Shown: positions 1 through 9,332, counted from the first letter of the stretch. The stretch is DNA of 55,567 nucleotides from Cyclobacteriaceae bacterium (GCA_031423035.1 JANPES010000268.1:1-55567); one strand, 5' to 3'. Program-made: numbers and translations. Notes: generated by a model not told the origin, from the letters alone.

Positions 1-137
1 CTGGAGAAAACACACAAAATGTATAATGAAGGAAAGCCACACAAAGGCTTGAAAGGTCTGTCCCCAACACAATTTGAAAACCAATTACTAATGTCTAACT
101 AACTCAAAAAACGGTCAACTCTATTCAGGAGTCTTCA
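1..137 (+). mobile_element. IS3-family insertion sequence, right end (transposase C-terminus at 1-102 plus right inverted repeat)
   Basis: Frame 1 reads LEKTHKMYNEGKPHKGLKGLSPTQFENQLLMSN* (stop 100-102), matching the YN..(R/K)PH..L...SP..F tail of IS3 integrase-core transposases. It is followed by cggtcaactctattcaggagtcttCA, an IS3-type end terminating in CA at about 137. Truncated by the window edge. Confidence 0.8.
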
Positions 138-172
138 CACCTAATACCTAATACCTAATACCTAACACCTAC
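138..172. repeat. Heptamer tandem array (YACCTAA x5)
   Basis: cacctaa tacctaa tacctaa tacctaa cacctac. Abuts the IS end and supplies the last codons and stop of the NUDIX gene. Confidence 0.9.
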
Positions 173-718
173 GCCCAACCTCGCTACTCTCAATATTCCC
201 ATGACACTCAAACTATCCGTGATCTTCCCGTCCATCACCATCTGAAGCGCTTCTTCAAACGGAAGTTTCCACACTTTCAGGTCAGCTTCAGTTTCCTCCA
301 GAGATTGTTTGCCGGCCGACAACCCTTCGGCAAGAAAAACAAACCCTTCTTCATCAGAGACGGAATTTGACAAGTGCGCGCGTTGAATGAGCGTCCAGCG
401 CTCGGCGGTGAGGCCGGTCTCTTCCTGGAGCTCCCGCCTTGCCGAATCCAGAACGTCGACATGCAACGGGCTGCCGCCTTCAGGGATTTCCCAACTCCAT
501 TCATCCAGTGTGTATCGGTACTGACCCACAAGAAACGTGTCCTGATTCTCATCCAGCGCAACGATGCCAATGGCCTTATTCTTGAAGTGTACCTTGCCGT
601 ATATTCCATCCTTTCCAGATGGATTAATGACCTGGTACTCTGTCACGGCGATCCAGGCGTTGTCATAGATTTCCCGGGCAGAACGGGTTGTCCAGGGATT
701 TTTATGCGATTGGTCCAC
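155..718 (-). CDS. NUDIX hydrolase (ADP-ribose pyrophosphatase-like)
   Basis: Nudix box EIPEGG..SARRELQEETG. The GTG at 718 is a likelier start than the ORF-track start at 751. Confidence 0.9.
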   Translation of the reverse strand: MDQSHKNPWTTRSAREIYDNAWIAVTEYQVINPSGKDGIYGKVHFKNKAIGIVALDENQDTFLVGQYRYTLDEWSWEIPEGGSPLHVDVLDSARRELQEETGLTAERWTLIQRAHLSNSVSDEEGFVFLAEGLSAGKQSLEETEADLKVWKLPFEEALQMVMDGKITDSLSVMGILRVARLGVGVRY

Positions 719-807
719 TGTTTGTCTATTTAGGAAAGCAAAAAACGACATTAATCAGCGAACTTTGAACCTGTCCGGCAAAAACAAGAACCCTGTTATT
801 TTCAGAC

Positions 808-1413
808 GTGCTTAGATCTTCCTATACCCATGATATGATTGAAGCCGGCTGTGATGAGGCCGGCCGGGGATGCCTGGCAGGGCCGGTTGTAGCGGCCGCT
901 GTAATTTTTCCTAAGACCTATACCCACCAACTTCTGAATGACTCCAAGCAGATGAGCCGGGATGAGCGGCTATTGCTAAGGGAAGACATTCTTCGTGATG
1001 CACTCGCATGGGGCGTTGCCGAAGTCAGCCACGAAGAGATTGATGAAATAAACATTCTCAACGCCTCGTTCCTCGCCATGCACCGGGCAGTTGAGAAATT
1101 GGCCGTGCGTCCGGAGATGTTGCTCATCGACGGCAACCGCTTCAGGCCTTCACTCGATCTTCCTTACCAGTGTATCATCAAAGGCGATGGGCTTTATCTT
1201 TCGATTGCTGCGGCATCAATTCTAGCCAAAACATACCGCGACGAACGGATGCGGCAACTGGCGCTGGAGTTTCCAGGCTACGGCTGGGAGACCAACATGG
1301 GCTATCCAACGCTGGAGCATCGCGATGGAATCCGCTCGCTAGGGATCTGTCCCTATCACCGCAAAACGTTTCAGTTGCTGCCCAGCCAGTTGGAATTATT
1401 TGACCAAGCGTAA
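808..1413 (+). CDS. rnhB: Ribonuclease HII
   Basis: [21 protein letters not shown] and IAAASILAK motifs. Confidence 0.97.
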   Translation: MLRSSYTHDMIEAGCDEAGRGCLAGPVVAAAVIFPKTYTHQLLNDSKQMSRDERLLLREDILRDALAWGVAEVSHEEIDEINILNASFLAMHRAVEKLAVRPEMLLIDGNRFRPSLDLPYQCIIKGDGLYLSIAAASILAKTYRDERMRQLALEFPGYGWETNMGYPTLEHRDGIRSLGICPYHRKTFQLLPSQLELFDQA

Positions 1414-1420
1414 CGGAACC

Positions 1421-2275
1421 ATGGAATCTGTAAATCCAATATCCCATGAGTGCCGGAGTTGCGGAGGTACATTCTTCGGAACATTCTGCAACCAGTGTGG
1501 GGAAAAAATCCCGGAGCCCGGTGAGAAATCCATCCGCTCATTCCTGGCGGGACTGATGAATGCCATTACTTCACTTGATGGAAAATTCCTGCGGACGCTC
1601 AAGATTATGCTGAAAAAGCCCGGGGAGGTCAGCTATCATTACATGAATGGGAAACGGGTTCCATTCTACAAACCCATGTCGATGTTCTTCATCGCCAACC
1701 TGATCTATTTCCTTTTTCCGCTTTACAATTCACTCAACTCAAGCCTGTATGTTCAGATGAACATGCTTCCGCACTCCAAGTTTGCAACGGAACTTGTTCA
1801 GCAACGGATCGCGGTCGATAAAATTGACTTTGATACGTTCCAGATCCAGTATAACCAGCAGTCCACCAGTATGGCCAAAATGGTCCTGGTCTTACTCGTC
1901 ATTTACTTTTCGATTCCACTTACCCTGGTCAATTACACCCGAAGGATGTTTTACAGCGACCACTTACTAGTCTCTCTGGAAGCGTGCAGCATTATTATTC
2001 TCGTGAACTTTGTAGTGCTCATGTGGGTTTTTCAGTTCGTGATCTATCTCATTGGTCTATGGGGTAACAATATTCAGCACTTGTTGAATGACAAATACAC
2101 GATGTGGATCTCCATGAGTGTCCTGTTTTACTTGTTTTTTCAGCTGGAACGCAGGGCCTATGCGCAGCCGATCAGGAGGGCCTTGGCCAAAGCGGGGTTG
2201 TTGATTTTCGGGTTCTTTGCTGTCCTTCAAATGTATCGCGCCAGTTTGTTTTTTGTTACCCTCTGGACGGTCTGA
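1421..2275 (+). CDS. DUF3667-like membrane protein with N-terminal zinc ribbon
   Basis: CRSCG..FCNQCGEK ribbon, KPG..Y..GKR..PF motif and several transmembrane segments. ATG 1421 is preferred to TTG 1400. Confidence 0.8.
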   Translation: MESVNPISHECRSCGGTFFGTFCNQCGEKIPEPGEKSIRSFLAGLMNAITSLDGKFLRTLKIMLKKPGEVSYHYMNGKRVPFYKPMSMFFIANLIYFLFPLYNSLNSSLYVQMNMLPHSKFATELVQQRIAVDKIDFDTFQIQYNQQSTSMAKMVLVLLVIYFSIPLTLVNYTRRMFYSDHLLVSLEACSIIILVNFVVLMWVFQFVIYLIGLWGNNIQHLLNDKYTMWISMSVLFYLFFQLERRAYAQPIRRALAKAGLLIFGFFAVLQMYRASLFFVTLWTV

Positions 2276-2287
2276 CCACGGATTTCC

Positions 2288-3052
2288 ATGTGCCTCATCT
2301 TCCTCTCCATCCAGGATCATCCGCGATACAAATTGATCATCGCTGCCAATCGCGACGAGTTTCACCGGCGCAAGACAGCCCCGGCGGATTTCTGGAAGGA
2401 GGCTCCAGATGTGCTGGCCGGCCGTGACCTGGAGGCAAACGGCACGTGGCTGGGAATCTCCAGGAAAGGCCAGATCAGCCTGTTGACAAACTACCGCGAT
2501 CCAAAAAATATTGACCCTGCAGCTCCCTCCCGCGGTCACCTGGTATCCGACTTTTTGCAAAAAGAAATCCTCGGCGAATCGTATTTGAAAGAAGTGGAAA
2601 AACGAGGGAAGCAGTACAATGGATTTAACCTGATGGCAGGAAAATCAGCTGATCTTTGGTACTATTCAAACTATGCGCAAGGAGTCCAGCGATTGGCACC
2701 TGGATTTCATGGATTGAGCAATCACCTCCTTAATACACCCTGGCCCAAAGTTGAGCGGGGAAAGGCAATGCTTCGTCCAATCCTGAAGCAACCGGTTATT
2801 AGGCCAGTTGAATTGTTTGAATTCCTCTACGACGAACGCCGTGCGCCGGATGATAAATTGCCCGACACCGGGATCGGGCTCGAACGGGAGCGTGCCCTAT
2901 CTTCCATGTTTATTAAAAGTTCCGGCTACGGATCACGTTGTTCAACAGCCGTACTCATCGACAATGAAAATCATGTTCAATTTTCAGAGCGTGTCTATGA
3001 TCTGACTACCTTTGCCCACACAACGCGGGATTTTGAGTTTGATATAGACTGA
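2288..3052 (+). CDS. NRDE/TANGO2 family protein
   Basis: N-terminal MC, ANRDEF, GGTW-like (NGTWLG), SRG, YNGFNL, LSN and YGSR motifs. Confidence 0.93.
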   Translation: MCLIFLSIQDHPRYKLIIAANRDEFHRRKTAPADFWKEAPDVLAGRDLEANGTWLGISRKGQISLLTNYRDPKNIDPAAPSRGHLVSDFLQKEILGESYLKEVEKRGKQYNGFNLMAGKSADLWYYSNYAQGVQRLAPGFHGLSNHLLNTPWPKVERGKAMLRPILKQPVIRPVELFEFLYDERRAPDDKLPDTGIGLERERALSSMFIKSSGYGSRCSTAVLIDNENHVQFSERVYDLTTFAHTTRDFEFDID

Positions 3053-3066
3053 GACACGGCAAGAGC

Positions 3067-3924
3067 ATGCAGCGAAAGAAGAATACAATCCCCCTCGTCC
3101 TGCGAATCGTGCGTTCAGTTTTTCCCGTGCTCGAACGAATTGCTCCTTTTCTGGCCGATGGGATTTTCCGGATGGTCTTTTACTTTCCTTTGAAATATCC
3201 GTTGCCGGACAAGGAAATTGAGACTGAAAAAATGGGTCAGGCATTTTCGCTTTCATTGAATGGAAAGACGATCCGGGGTCACCGGTGGGGTGATCCAACA
3301 AAGCCTTACATTTTACTTGTGCACGGTTGGGCAGGACGCGCCACTCAGTTTCGGAAATTCATTCCACCTTTGGTTGATCGGGGTTTTCATGTCATTGGCC
3401 CCGACGGTCCGGCGCATGGAAGATCGGACGGCAGAAAAACATCCATCCCGGAATTTGAGCAGATGTTTTGGGCCATTTTCGAAAAATTTGGAGAGCCCGC
3501 CGGTATTATCACGCACTCGTTCGGTGGTGCAGCGATGATGAATGCTGCCATGCATGGTCTCTCAATAAAGAAATTGGTCAATATTGCCTCCCCAACAATC
3601 GGCGATGAGATCCTGCTGACCTTCCTTCGGGCAATCAACGGATCGTGGCGTTCGGCCGAGCGGTTCAAGAGGTATGTAATTCGACGGACCGGGAAGTCGT
3701 TTGATGATTTTACCGCCCTCTATGCAGTCCGGCGACTACTAAAACCCATCGATCTTCTCATGATCAATGATGCCGAGGACAAAGACGTGGTCTTTCGCAG
3801 CGCGGAAGAACTTCTCAAAGTGTACCCGTCGGCTAAGTTGTATAAGACGTCTGGCCTGGGTCACACCCGGATTCTCAGGGATGACCAGGTTATTACCAAG
3901 GCGCTCGAATTTATTGCTGGGTAG
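3067..3924 (+). CDS. Alpha/beta-fold hydrolase
   Basis: LVHGW, PAHGRS, nucleophile elbow THSFGG, catalytic D and GLGH. Confidence 0.9.
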   Translation: MQRKKNTIPLVLRIVRSVFPVLERIAPFLADGIFRMVFYFPLKYPLPDKEIETEKMGQAFSLSLNGKTIRGHRWGDPTKPYILLVHGWAGRATQFRKFIPPLVDRGFHVIGPDGPAHGRSDGRKTSIPEFEQMFWAIFEKFGEPAGIITHSFGGAAMMNAAMHGLSIKKLVNIASPTIGDEILLTFLRAINGSWRSAERFKRYVIRRTGKSFDDFTALYAVRRLLKPIDLLMINDAEDKDVVFRSAEELLKVYPSAKLYKTSGLGHTRILRDDQVITKALEFIAG

Positions 3925-4096
3925 CTGTAACTACACGGCAACACGCCCGTCTATCATGATATCTGGGGTTTCCCGATCATGGAATTGTTGTACCTTGGCG
4001 ACCTGAAAACGCACTAATTTGACATTTTGGGGCAAAATTTGAAACTCTAAGCCCAATCCACAGTTGAAGGGTAGGGAAGGCTATAAATCAAGAAGC

Positions 4097-4822
4097 ATGG
4101 GCAAGATAATTGAGACACATAATATTTCGAAGGTTTACAAAATGGGTGACAATATTGTCAATGCCCTTCAGTCTGTCTCAATGATTATTAATAGGGGAGA
4201 GTATGTGGCATTTATGGGGCCTTCCGGTTCAGGTAAGTCTACATTGATGAACATAGTCGGATGCCTTGACTCACCAACTGCGGGTACGTATGAGCTGAAT
4301 AACCAGATGGTGAGCGAAATGACTGAAAATGAGTTGGCCACTGTCCGCAACAAAGAAATTGGTTTCGTATTTCAAACGTTCAACCTGCTGCCGCGGGCTA
4401 CCGCTTTGGAGAACGTCGCTTTGCCGCTGATCTATGCTGGTTATGGAAAACAGGAGCGGAGCGAAATGGCCATGGGAGCGCTGGAAAGTGTAAACCTGGG
4501 TGACCGTCACCACCACCGACCCAACGAACTATCGGGTGGACAGCGGCAGCGTGTGGCTATTGCAAGGGCACTCGTAAACAGCCCCTCCATCATTCTTGCC
4601 GATGAGCCCACCGGTAACCTGGATTCGAAAACATCCTATGGTATCATGACCCTTTTTCAGGAACTTCATGACAAGGGCAACACGATCATCATGGTGACCC
4701 ACGAAGATGACATCGCTCACTATGCTCACCGCATCATACGCCTCCGTGACGGGCTGGTCGAGTGGGATAAGCCGAATGAGAATGTAAACCGCCAGTTGGC
4801 AGATGCTCCTGTTGCGCATTAG
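4097..4822 (+). CDS. ABC transporter ATP-binding protein (LolD/MacB-like)
   Basis: Walker [14 protein letters not shown] signature, [11 protein letters not shown] and VTH. ATG 4097. Confidence 0.95.
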   Translation: MGKIIETHNISKVYKMGDNIVNALQSVSMIINRGEYVAFMGPSGSGKSTLMNIVGCLDSPTAGTYELNNQMVSEMTENELATVRNKEIGFVFQTFNLLPRATALENVALPLIYAGYGKQERSEMAMGALESVNLGDRHHHRPNELSGGQRQRVAIARALVNSPSIILADEPTGNLDSKTSYGIMTLFQELHDKGNTIIMVTHEDDIAHYAHRIIRLRDGLVEWDKPNENVNRQLADAPVAH

Positions 4823-4875
4823 CAGAGACTCTTGTCCGTTTTAAGAGAGCATCGTTTTTCATAGCTTCGTAAGCC

Positions 4876-5595
4876 GTGAAGCGATTTATCCTCTTCCTTC
4901 TTTTCGCCTGCCTTGCTCAACCATTTTGCTTGGCTCAGTCTCCTGTGGAGAGCCCCAAAACAAGCAACACTTTTATTGGACTGCTCGTGGCTGGTAATCA
5001 GTCATGGTTTACAGGCCTGGATTATTCAGGTGTTGGTGCATCTGCGGGCCAAAACACAAATGTGCGCACTGCCCCTGAATTTGGTTATAAATTTGGGATT
5101 ACGGTAAATCATGAGTTGTCGGCCCGTTTTTCCATGGAATGTTCTCCAGGTTACGTCTTCGAGCAAAGCAACCACCGTAATGACTTTACCGATTTTCACC
5201 TTTCCTTATCCTGGGTCGAATTACCGGTGACGATCAATTACTCCTTTACCCCCAAAAAGAATCTATCGGTTTTTGTGGGATCAGGCTTTGCGGTAAGGAA
5301 ACTGACTAAGTCGGTGATGAAAATCACAACTACGCTAAGCAATGGCTTCTCTGTGAATGGTTCTTATGATGAAAATATAAATGAATGGAATGTATTTCCA
5401 ACAATTTATTTGGGCGGAAACATTAGCTTTTCTGATATCAGCAGGCTGACAGTTCTGTTTGCGTACCAAAGGAGCCTCTCTAAACTATTTAGACCCTCAA
5501 ACTTACTTCCATCCATAAATGCGACCTCAGTGGATCTAGACTTTACGCAAAATTCCTTTACTTGCAGTATGGCCTATTCCGTGAATGTGCGATGA
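4876..5595 (+). CDS. Outer-membrane beta-barrel (porin/PorT-like) protein
   Basis: Signal peptide, LSWVELPVTINY motif, alternating amphipathic strands and an aromatic residue near the C-terminus. Confidence 0.65.
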   Translation: MKRFILFLLFACLAQPFCLAQSPVESPKTSNTFIGLLVAGNQSWFTGLDYSGVGASAGQNTNVRTAPEFGYKFGITVNHELSARFSMECSPGYVFEQSNHRNDFTDFHLSLSWVELPVTINYSFTPKKNLSVFVGSGFAVRKLTKSVMKITTTLSNGFSVNGSYDENINEWNVFPTIYLGGNISFSDISRLTVLFAYQRSLSKLFRPSNLLPSINATSVDLDFTQNSFTCSMAYSVNVR

Positions 5596-5623
5596 TTTAA
5601 GTAGTCTTCTCCAAAATGCACGA

Positions 5624-6172
5624 ATGAAAATTTATACCAAAACCGGCGATCAGGGAACCACAGCACTCTTCGGTGGAAAACGTGTATCCAAATCTGACCT
5701 TCGCATTGAGACATACGGAACAGTCGATGAACTGAATTCGTGGATTGGTGTCTTGCGTGACCAGGAAATCAATCGAACACGAAGCGAAGAACTGATCGAA
5801 ATACAAGATCGCCTGTTCACCATCGGATCTCTCCTTGCTGCCGAGCCTGGAAATTCCAAGGTAAAAGTTCCTGCCCTTATCGCGTCGGACGTCATCTTTC
5901 TAGAAAGAAAAATTGATACGATGGAAGCAACCTTAGAACCGATGAAGGTATTCGTTCTTCCGGGCGGACATCCGTCCGTTTCATTCGGGCATGTTGCACG
6001 AACCGTATGCCGTCGCGCGGAAAGGCTGGTCATCGAGTTGGATAACCAGGAGAAAGTAGAGCCGCTGATCATCCAATATCTTAACCGACTTTCTGACTAT
6101 CTATTTGTTCTCTGCCGGGCCATGGCAGTTGAATTGAAGGCACCGGAGACGCCGTGGAAACCCCGGATGTAA
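5624..6172 (+). CDS. pduO: Cob(I)yrinic acid a,c-diamide adenosyltransferase (PduO type)
   Basis: KIYTKTGDQGTT, YGTVDELNS, RTVCRRAER and YLNRLSDYLF motifs. ATG 5624. Confidence 0.93.
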   Translation: MKIYTKTGDQGTTALFGGKRVSKSDLRIETYGTVDELNSWIGVLRDQEINRTRSEELIEIQDRLFTIGSLLAAEPGNSKVKVPALIASDVIFLERKIDTMEATLEPMKVFVLPGGHPSVSFGHVARTVCRRAERLVIELDNQEKVEPLIIQYLNRLSDYLFVLCRAMAVELKAPETPWKPRM

Positions 6173-6314
6173 ATCTCGCCGGCTTGGGCTAGCCCTCGTA
6201 AATGACCCAATTATTGGGATTGTATTAAGAATTCTTCAAAAACCAAAATTTCCTAACATCCGTTAGCCCACCTATCAGATTAGGTTTAACTTTCCGCCCT
6301 AAACAACCCGTACC

Positions 6315-7379
6315 ATGGTCGATACGCTGGACATCAAGATTAACAAAGTTGCTGCCTCCCGTCTTTCCAAGGTTGATTTTCAGGATATCCCGTTTGGGAA
6401 AGTGTACACCGACCATATGTTCGTGGCGGATTACCGAAAAGGAGATTGGGGCAATTTTCGTGTCGTGCCGTACGGCCGCATTGAGATAAGTCCCGCGACC
6501 CCCGCACTCCACTACGGCCAATCCATTTTCGAGGGATTAAAAGCGTACAAGAATGATCAGGGTCAAGCACTGGTATTCCGCCCGCTCGACAATTGGAAGC
6601 GCATGAATATTTCAGCAGACCGCATGTGTATGCCTTATCTTCCTGAAGACATATTCATGGAAGGTATGGAAACCCTTATCCGGCTAGACCGGAATTGGAT
6701 CCCGACAGCCGATGGCAGCTCACTCTATATTCGCCCGTTCATGTTTTCTGCTGAGGAGTATATTGGTATTCGCCCCTCCCTGGATTTTACATTTATGATT
6801 ATTAATTCTCCGGTTGGACCTTACTATTCAACACCGGTGCGTGTCAAGATTGAGACCAAGTACGCGCGCGCCATAGAAGGCGGAACCGGGTTTGCAAAAA
6901 CAGGAGGTAACTACAGTGGGTCGCTCTACCCCGCCAAGTTGGCACAAGAGCAAGGCTATCATCAACTGATTTGGACCGACGGCCATGAGCACAAGTATGT
7001 GGAAGAGTCAGGAACAATGAACGTGATGTTTGTATTCGACGACATATTGGTGACGCCCTCTTTGGGCGATACAATCCTTCGCGGCATTACGCGAGACAGC
7101 GTCCTGACGCTTGCTCGCCAGTGGGGTATGAAAGTGGAAGAGCGAAAAGTAACCGTCAAAGAACTGGTGGAAGGCCTTCAGAATGGTAGGGTCAAGGAAG
7201 CTTTCGGCGCAGGTACTGCCGCCACCATTGCTCACATCGAGTTGATCGGCCATGAAGGCAAGAACTATTTCCTTCCGCCTGTAGAGACCCGAAAGTTCTC
7301 CAACCGTGTCCTCCAGGAATTGGAAGGCATGAAGCACGGCACCAGGCCCGATCCGTTCGGGTGGATTCATGCGATTTAG
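6315..7379 (+). CDS. ilvE: Branched-chain amino acid aminotransferase, copy 1
   Basis: LHYGQSIFEGLKAY, LYIRP, GFAKTGGNY (catalytic Lys), EESGTMN, ILRGITR and GTAA. Confidence 0.95.
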   Translation: MVDTLDIKINKVAASRLSKVDFQDIPFGKVYTDHMFVADYRKGDWGNFRVVPYGRIEISPATPALHYGQSIFEGLKAYKNDQGQALVFRPLDNWKRMNISADRMCMPYLPEDIFMEGMETLIRLDRNWIPTADGSSLYIRPFMFSAEEYIGIRPSLDFTFMIINSPVGPYYSTPVRVKIETKYARAIEGGTGFAKTGGNYSGSLYPAKLAQEQGYHQLIWTDGHEHKYVEESGTMNVMFVFDDILVTPSLGDTILRGITRDSVLTLARQWGMKVEERKVTVKELVEGLQNGRVKEAFGAGTAATIAHIELIGHEGKNYFLPPVETRKFSNRVLQELEGMKHGTRPDPFGWIHAI

Positions 7380-7380
7380 G

Positions 7381-7429
7381 AGCTGGATGCTAGATACTGG
7401 ATCCTAGATACTGGATACCGAAGGCTGGC
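7381..7429. repeat. Heptamer tandem array after the ilvE stop
   Basis: agctgga tgctaga tactgga tcctaga tactgga taccgaa ggctggc. Confidence 0.8.
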
Positions 7430-7474
7430 TTCCTGTTTGCGTTGGTCCCTGCATTCATCTGTGCTATTCCCCGG

Positions 7475-7544
7475 TTACGCCAGACGCTTCGTCGGGCAGG
7501 CGTGTAATCCCTGCCTGTGCTGCCGCATCGGCAGGCTGGCGTGG
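7475..7544. other. GC-rich nested-palindrome element (four-way junction; REP-like or structured RNA candidate)
   Basis: Outer stem ttacgccag (7475-7483) / ctggcgtgg (7536-7544). It encloses acg-ctt-cgt, cgggcagg / cctgcctg (7493-7500 / 7510-7517) and ctgccg-cat-cggcag (7520-7534). Confidence 0.5.
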
Positions 7545-7577
7545 TAAAACTTTGGACTTTTTCCCCGAAGTTCGGGC

Positions 7578-8078
7578 ATGATTCGGCTCTGGCCCTTCCT
7601 TCTTCTTCTTAGCCTCACTGTTCAGGCCCAAAAACAACTGGTTCTTTTGAAACGTGGAAAGCCTGTCGGCAATTTTCCCGAAGGAACCTACATCTACTTT
7701 CAGCTCAAGGACGGCAGCCGCTCGGAGGGTCACATCGTCGAGCTCCTGGAATTTGCCATCATAACTTCTCAAGATACCGTTCCTTTCAACACCATTGATA
7801 AAATCGGAATTCCGAAAGAACAACGGAAAGGAATTGCCCCGCTATTGGGCGGTTTGTTACTGGGTGGTGGTGTCCTCTATTTCAGCATTGACATGATCAA
7901 TAGTGCACTGGGATACAACCCGCCAGGGATAGATACTCAGGTGGCAACGACATCGGCCATCATGATCGGCGTGGGAAGTTTGCTGTCCTTTATCCGCCCG
8001 AAGTACAGGCGTGTTAACATGGGGACCTTTCTGCGTACAGTGGATTATAAGTCGAAGTTTTATAAGAATCCCACCTGA
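7578..8078 (+). CDS. Hypothetical exported/membrane protein
   Basis: Signal peptide ending VQA, then two Gly-rich hydrophobic helices. 166-aa ORF filling the gap. Confidence 0.75.
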   Translation: MIRLWPFLLLLSLTVQAQKQLVLLKRGKPVGNFPEGTYIYFQLKDGSRSEGHIVELLEFAIITSQDTVPFNTIDKIGIPKEQRKGIAPLLGGLLLGGGVLYFSIDMINSALGYNPPGIDTQVATTSAIMIGVGSLLSFIRPKYRRVNMGTFLRTVDYKSKFYKNPT

Positions 8079-8081
8079 GGG

Positions 8082-8116
8082 AATATTGATTATGGAACCA
8101 TGAATATTGAATGTTG
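8082..8116. repeat. Heptamer tandem array
   Basis: aatattg attatgg aaccatg aatattg aatgttg. Shares the 13-mer gaatattgattat with 11483-11495. Confidence 0.7.
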
Positions 8117-8122
8117 AAGTGT

Positions 8123-8130
8123 TACATTTG
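8123..8130 (+). promoter_or_regulatory. Bacteroidota -7 promoter element for prfB
   Basis: TACATTTG matches TAnnTTTG, 13 nt before ATG 8144. Confidence 0.65.
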
Positions 8131-8143
8131 GTGAAAATTTTTT

Positions 8144-9242
8144 ATGACTAGCGACCAATTGAAAGACGTGAAGGCCCGCGTGGCTGCCTTGAGGAGGTAT
8201 CTTTGACTACGATAGAAAACGCGTAGAAATCGAAGACGAGGAGCGGATTACCCACCAGGCTGATTTCTGGAATAATTCGAAGCAAGCAGAAGCAATCCTG
8301 AAGGACATTCGGGCTAAGAAAGTATGGACTGATGCGTACGACGCCGTCAGCAAGCAGGTGGACGACCTTGAAGTCCTGAACGAATTTCAAGAGGCGGGCG
8401 ATGCTTCCGAAGAAGAATTGGATCTGGAGTACAAAAAGGTTGAAAAATCTGTCGAGGAGCTGGAGTTCAAGAAAATGCTGAGCAAAGAAGAGGACCAGCT
8501 CAGTGCGATGATTGAGATCAACCCCGGAGCCGGCGGTACAGAGAGCCAGGACTGGGCGGACATGCTCCACCGTATGTACATCATGTGGGGCGAGAAAAAT
8601 GGCTACAAGGTTAAAGAAGTAGACTACCAGGCCGGCGATGTGGCTGGAATAAAATCAGCAACGATTGAAATTGAAGGACCCTTTGCCTACGGCAAACTGA
8701 AGTCAGAAACCGGAGTTCATCGCCTGGTGCGCATCTCTCCATTTGATTCTAATGCAAGGCGTCATACATCATTCGCCTCTGTCTTTGTTTATCCTGAAGT
8801 TGATGATACGATCAACATTGAAATCAATGCCGCGGATATTGAGATGCAAACATCGCGTTCTGGAGGAGCCGGTGGTCAGAATGTGAATAAAGTAGAAACG
8901 AAAGTTCAACTCACCCACAAGCCGACGGGCATCGTCATTGTCTGCCAGGTGGAGCGATCGCAGCATGCCAACCGGGAGAAAGCCATGCAGATGCTTAAAT
9001 CCAAACTCTACCAGGCCGAGATGGACAAGCGCAACGCAGCCCGTGACAAGGTGGAGGCTGGCAAGATGAAAATCGACTTCGGTTCACAGATCCGCAACTA
9101 CGTCCTGCATCCCTATAAGCTCGTAAAAGATGCACGCACCGGCGTAGAGCGCACCGATGCGCAGAATGTGCTGGATGGGGATCTTGATGACTTTATTAAA
9201 GCGTTTTTGCTCGGCGCGACAGAAGCGAGTGTGAGAAAGTAA
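8144..9242 (+). CDS. prfB: Peptide chain release factor 2 with +1 programmed ribosomal frameshift (join 8144-8203, 8205-9242; 365 aa)
   Basis: [20 protein letters not shown] ends at AGGAGG-TAT-CTT-TGA-C. The +1 frame continues [14 protein letters not shown] in frame with ORF 8358-9242, which carries the SPF and GGQ motifs. Confidence 0.97.
8192..8207 (+). promoter_or_regulatory. RF2 frameshift cassette (internal Shine-Dalgarno plus CTT-TGA-C slippery stop)
   Basis: aggaggtatctttgac. Confidence 0.95.
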
Positions 9243-9332
9243 TTTGGGAATTTGAGGATTTGGGAATTCGATGATGAAGACAAACCAATTTTACCGCTTA
9301 CTTTTTACTGATTACTTTTTACTGATTACTTG
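9242..9332. repeat. Octamer array (9242-9273) and heptamer array (9291-9332) after prfB
   Basis: atttggga atttgagg atttggga attcgatg, then ttaccgc ttacttt ttactga ttacttt ttactga ttacttg. Confidence 0.85.

Noticed and set aside
7475-7544. Possible tRNA
   Set aside because: Cloverleaf-like, but the loops are 3, 9 and 3 nt, with no GTTCRA T-loop, no D-loop GG and no CCA.
8358-9242. Truncated or pseudogenised prfB
   Set aside because: Explained by the canonical programmed +1 frameshift at 8201-8207.
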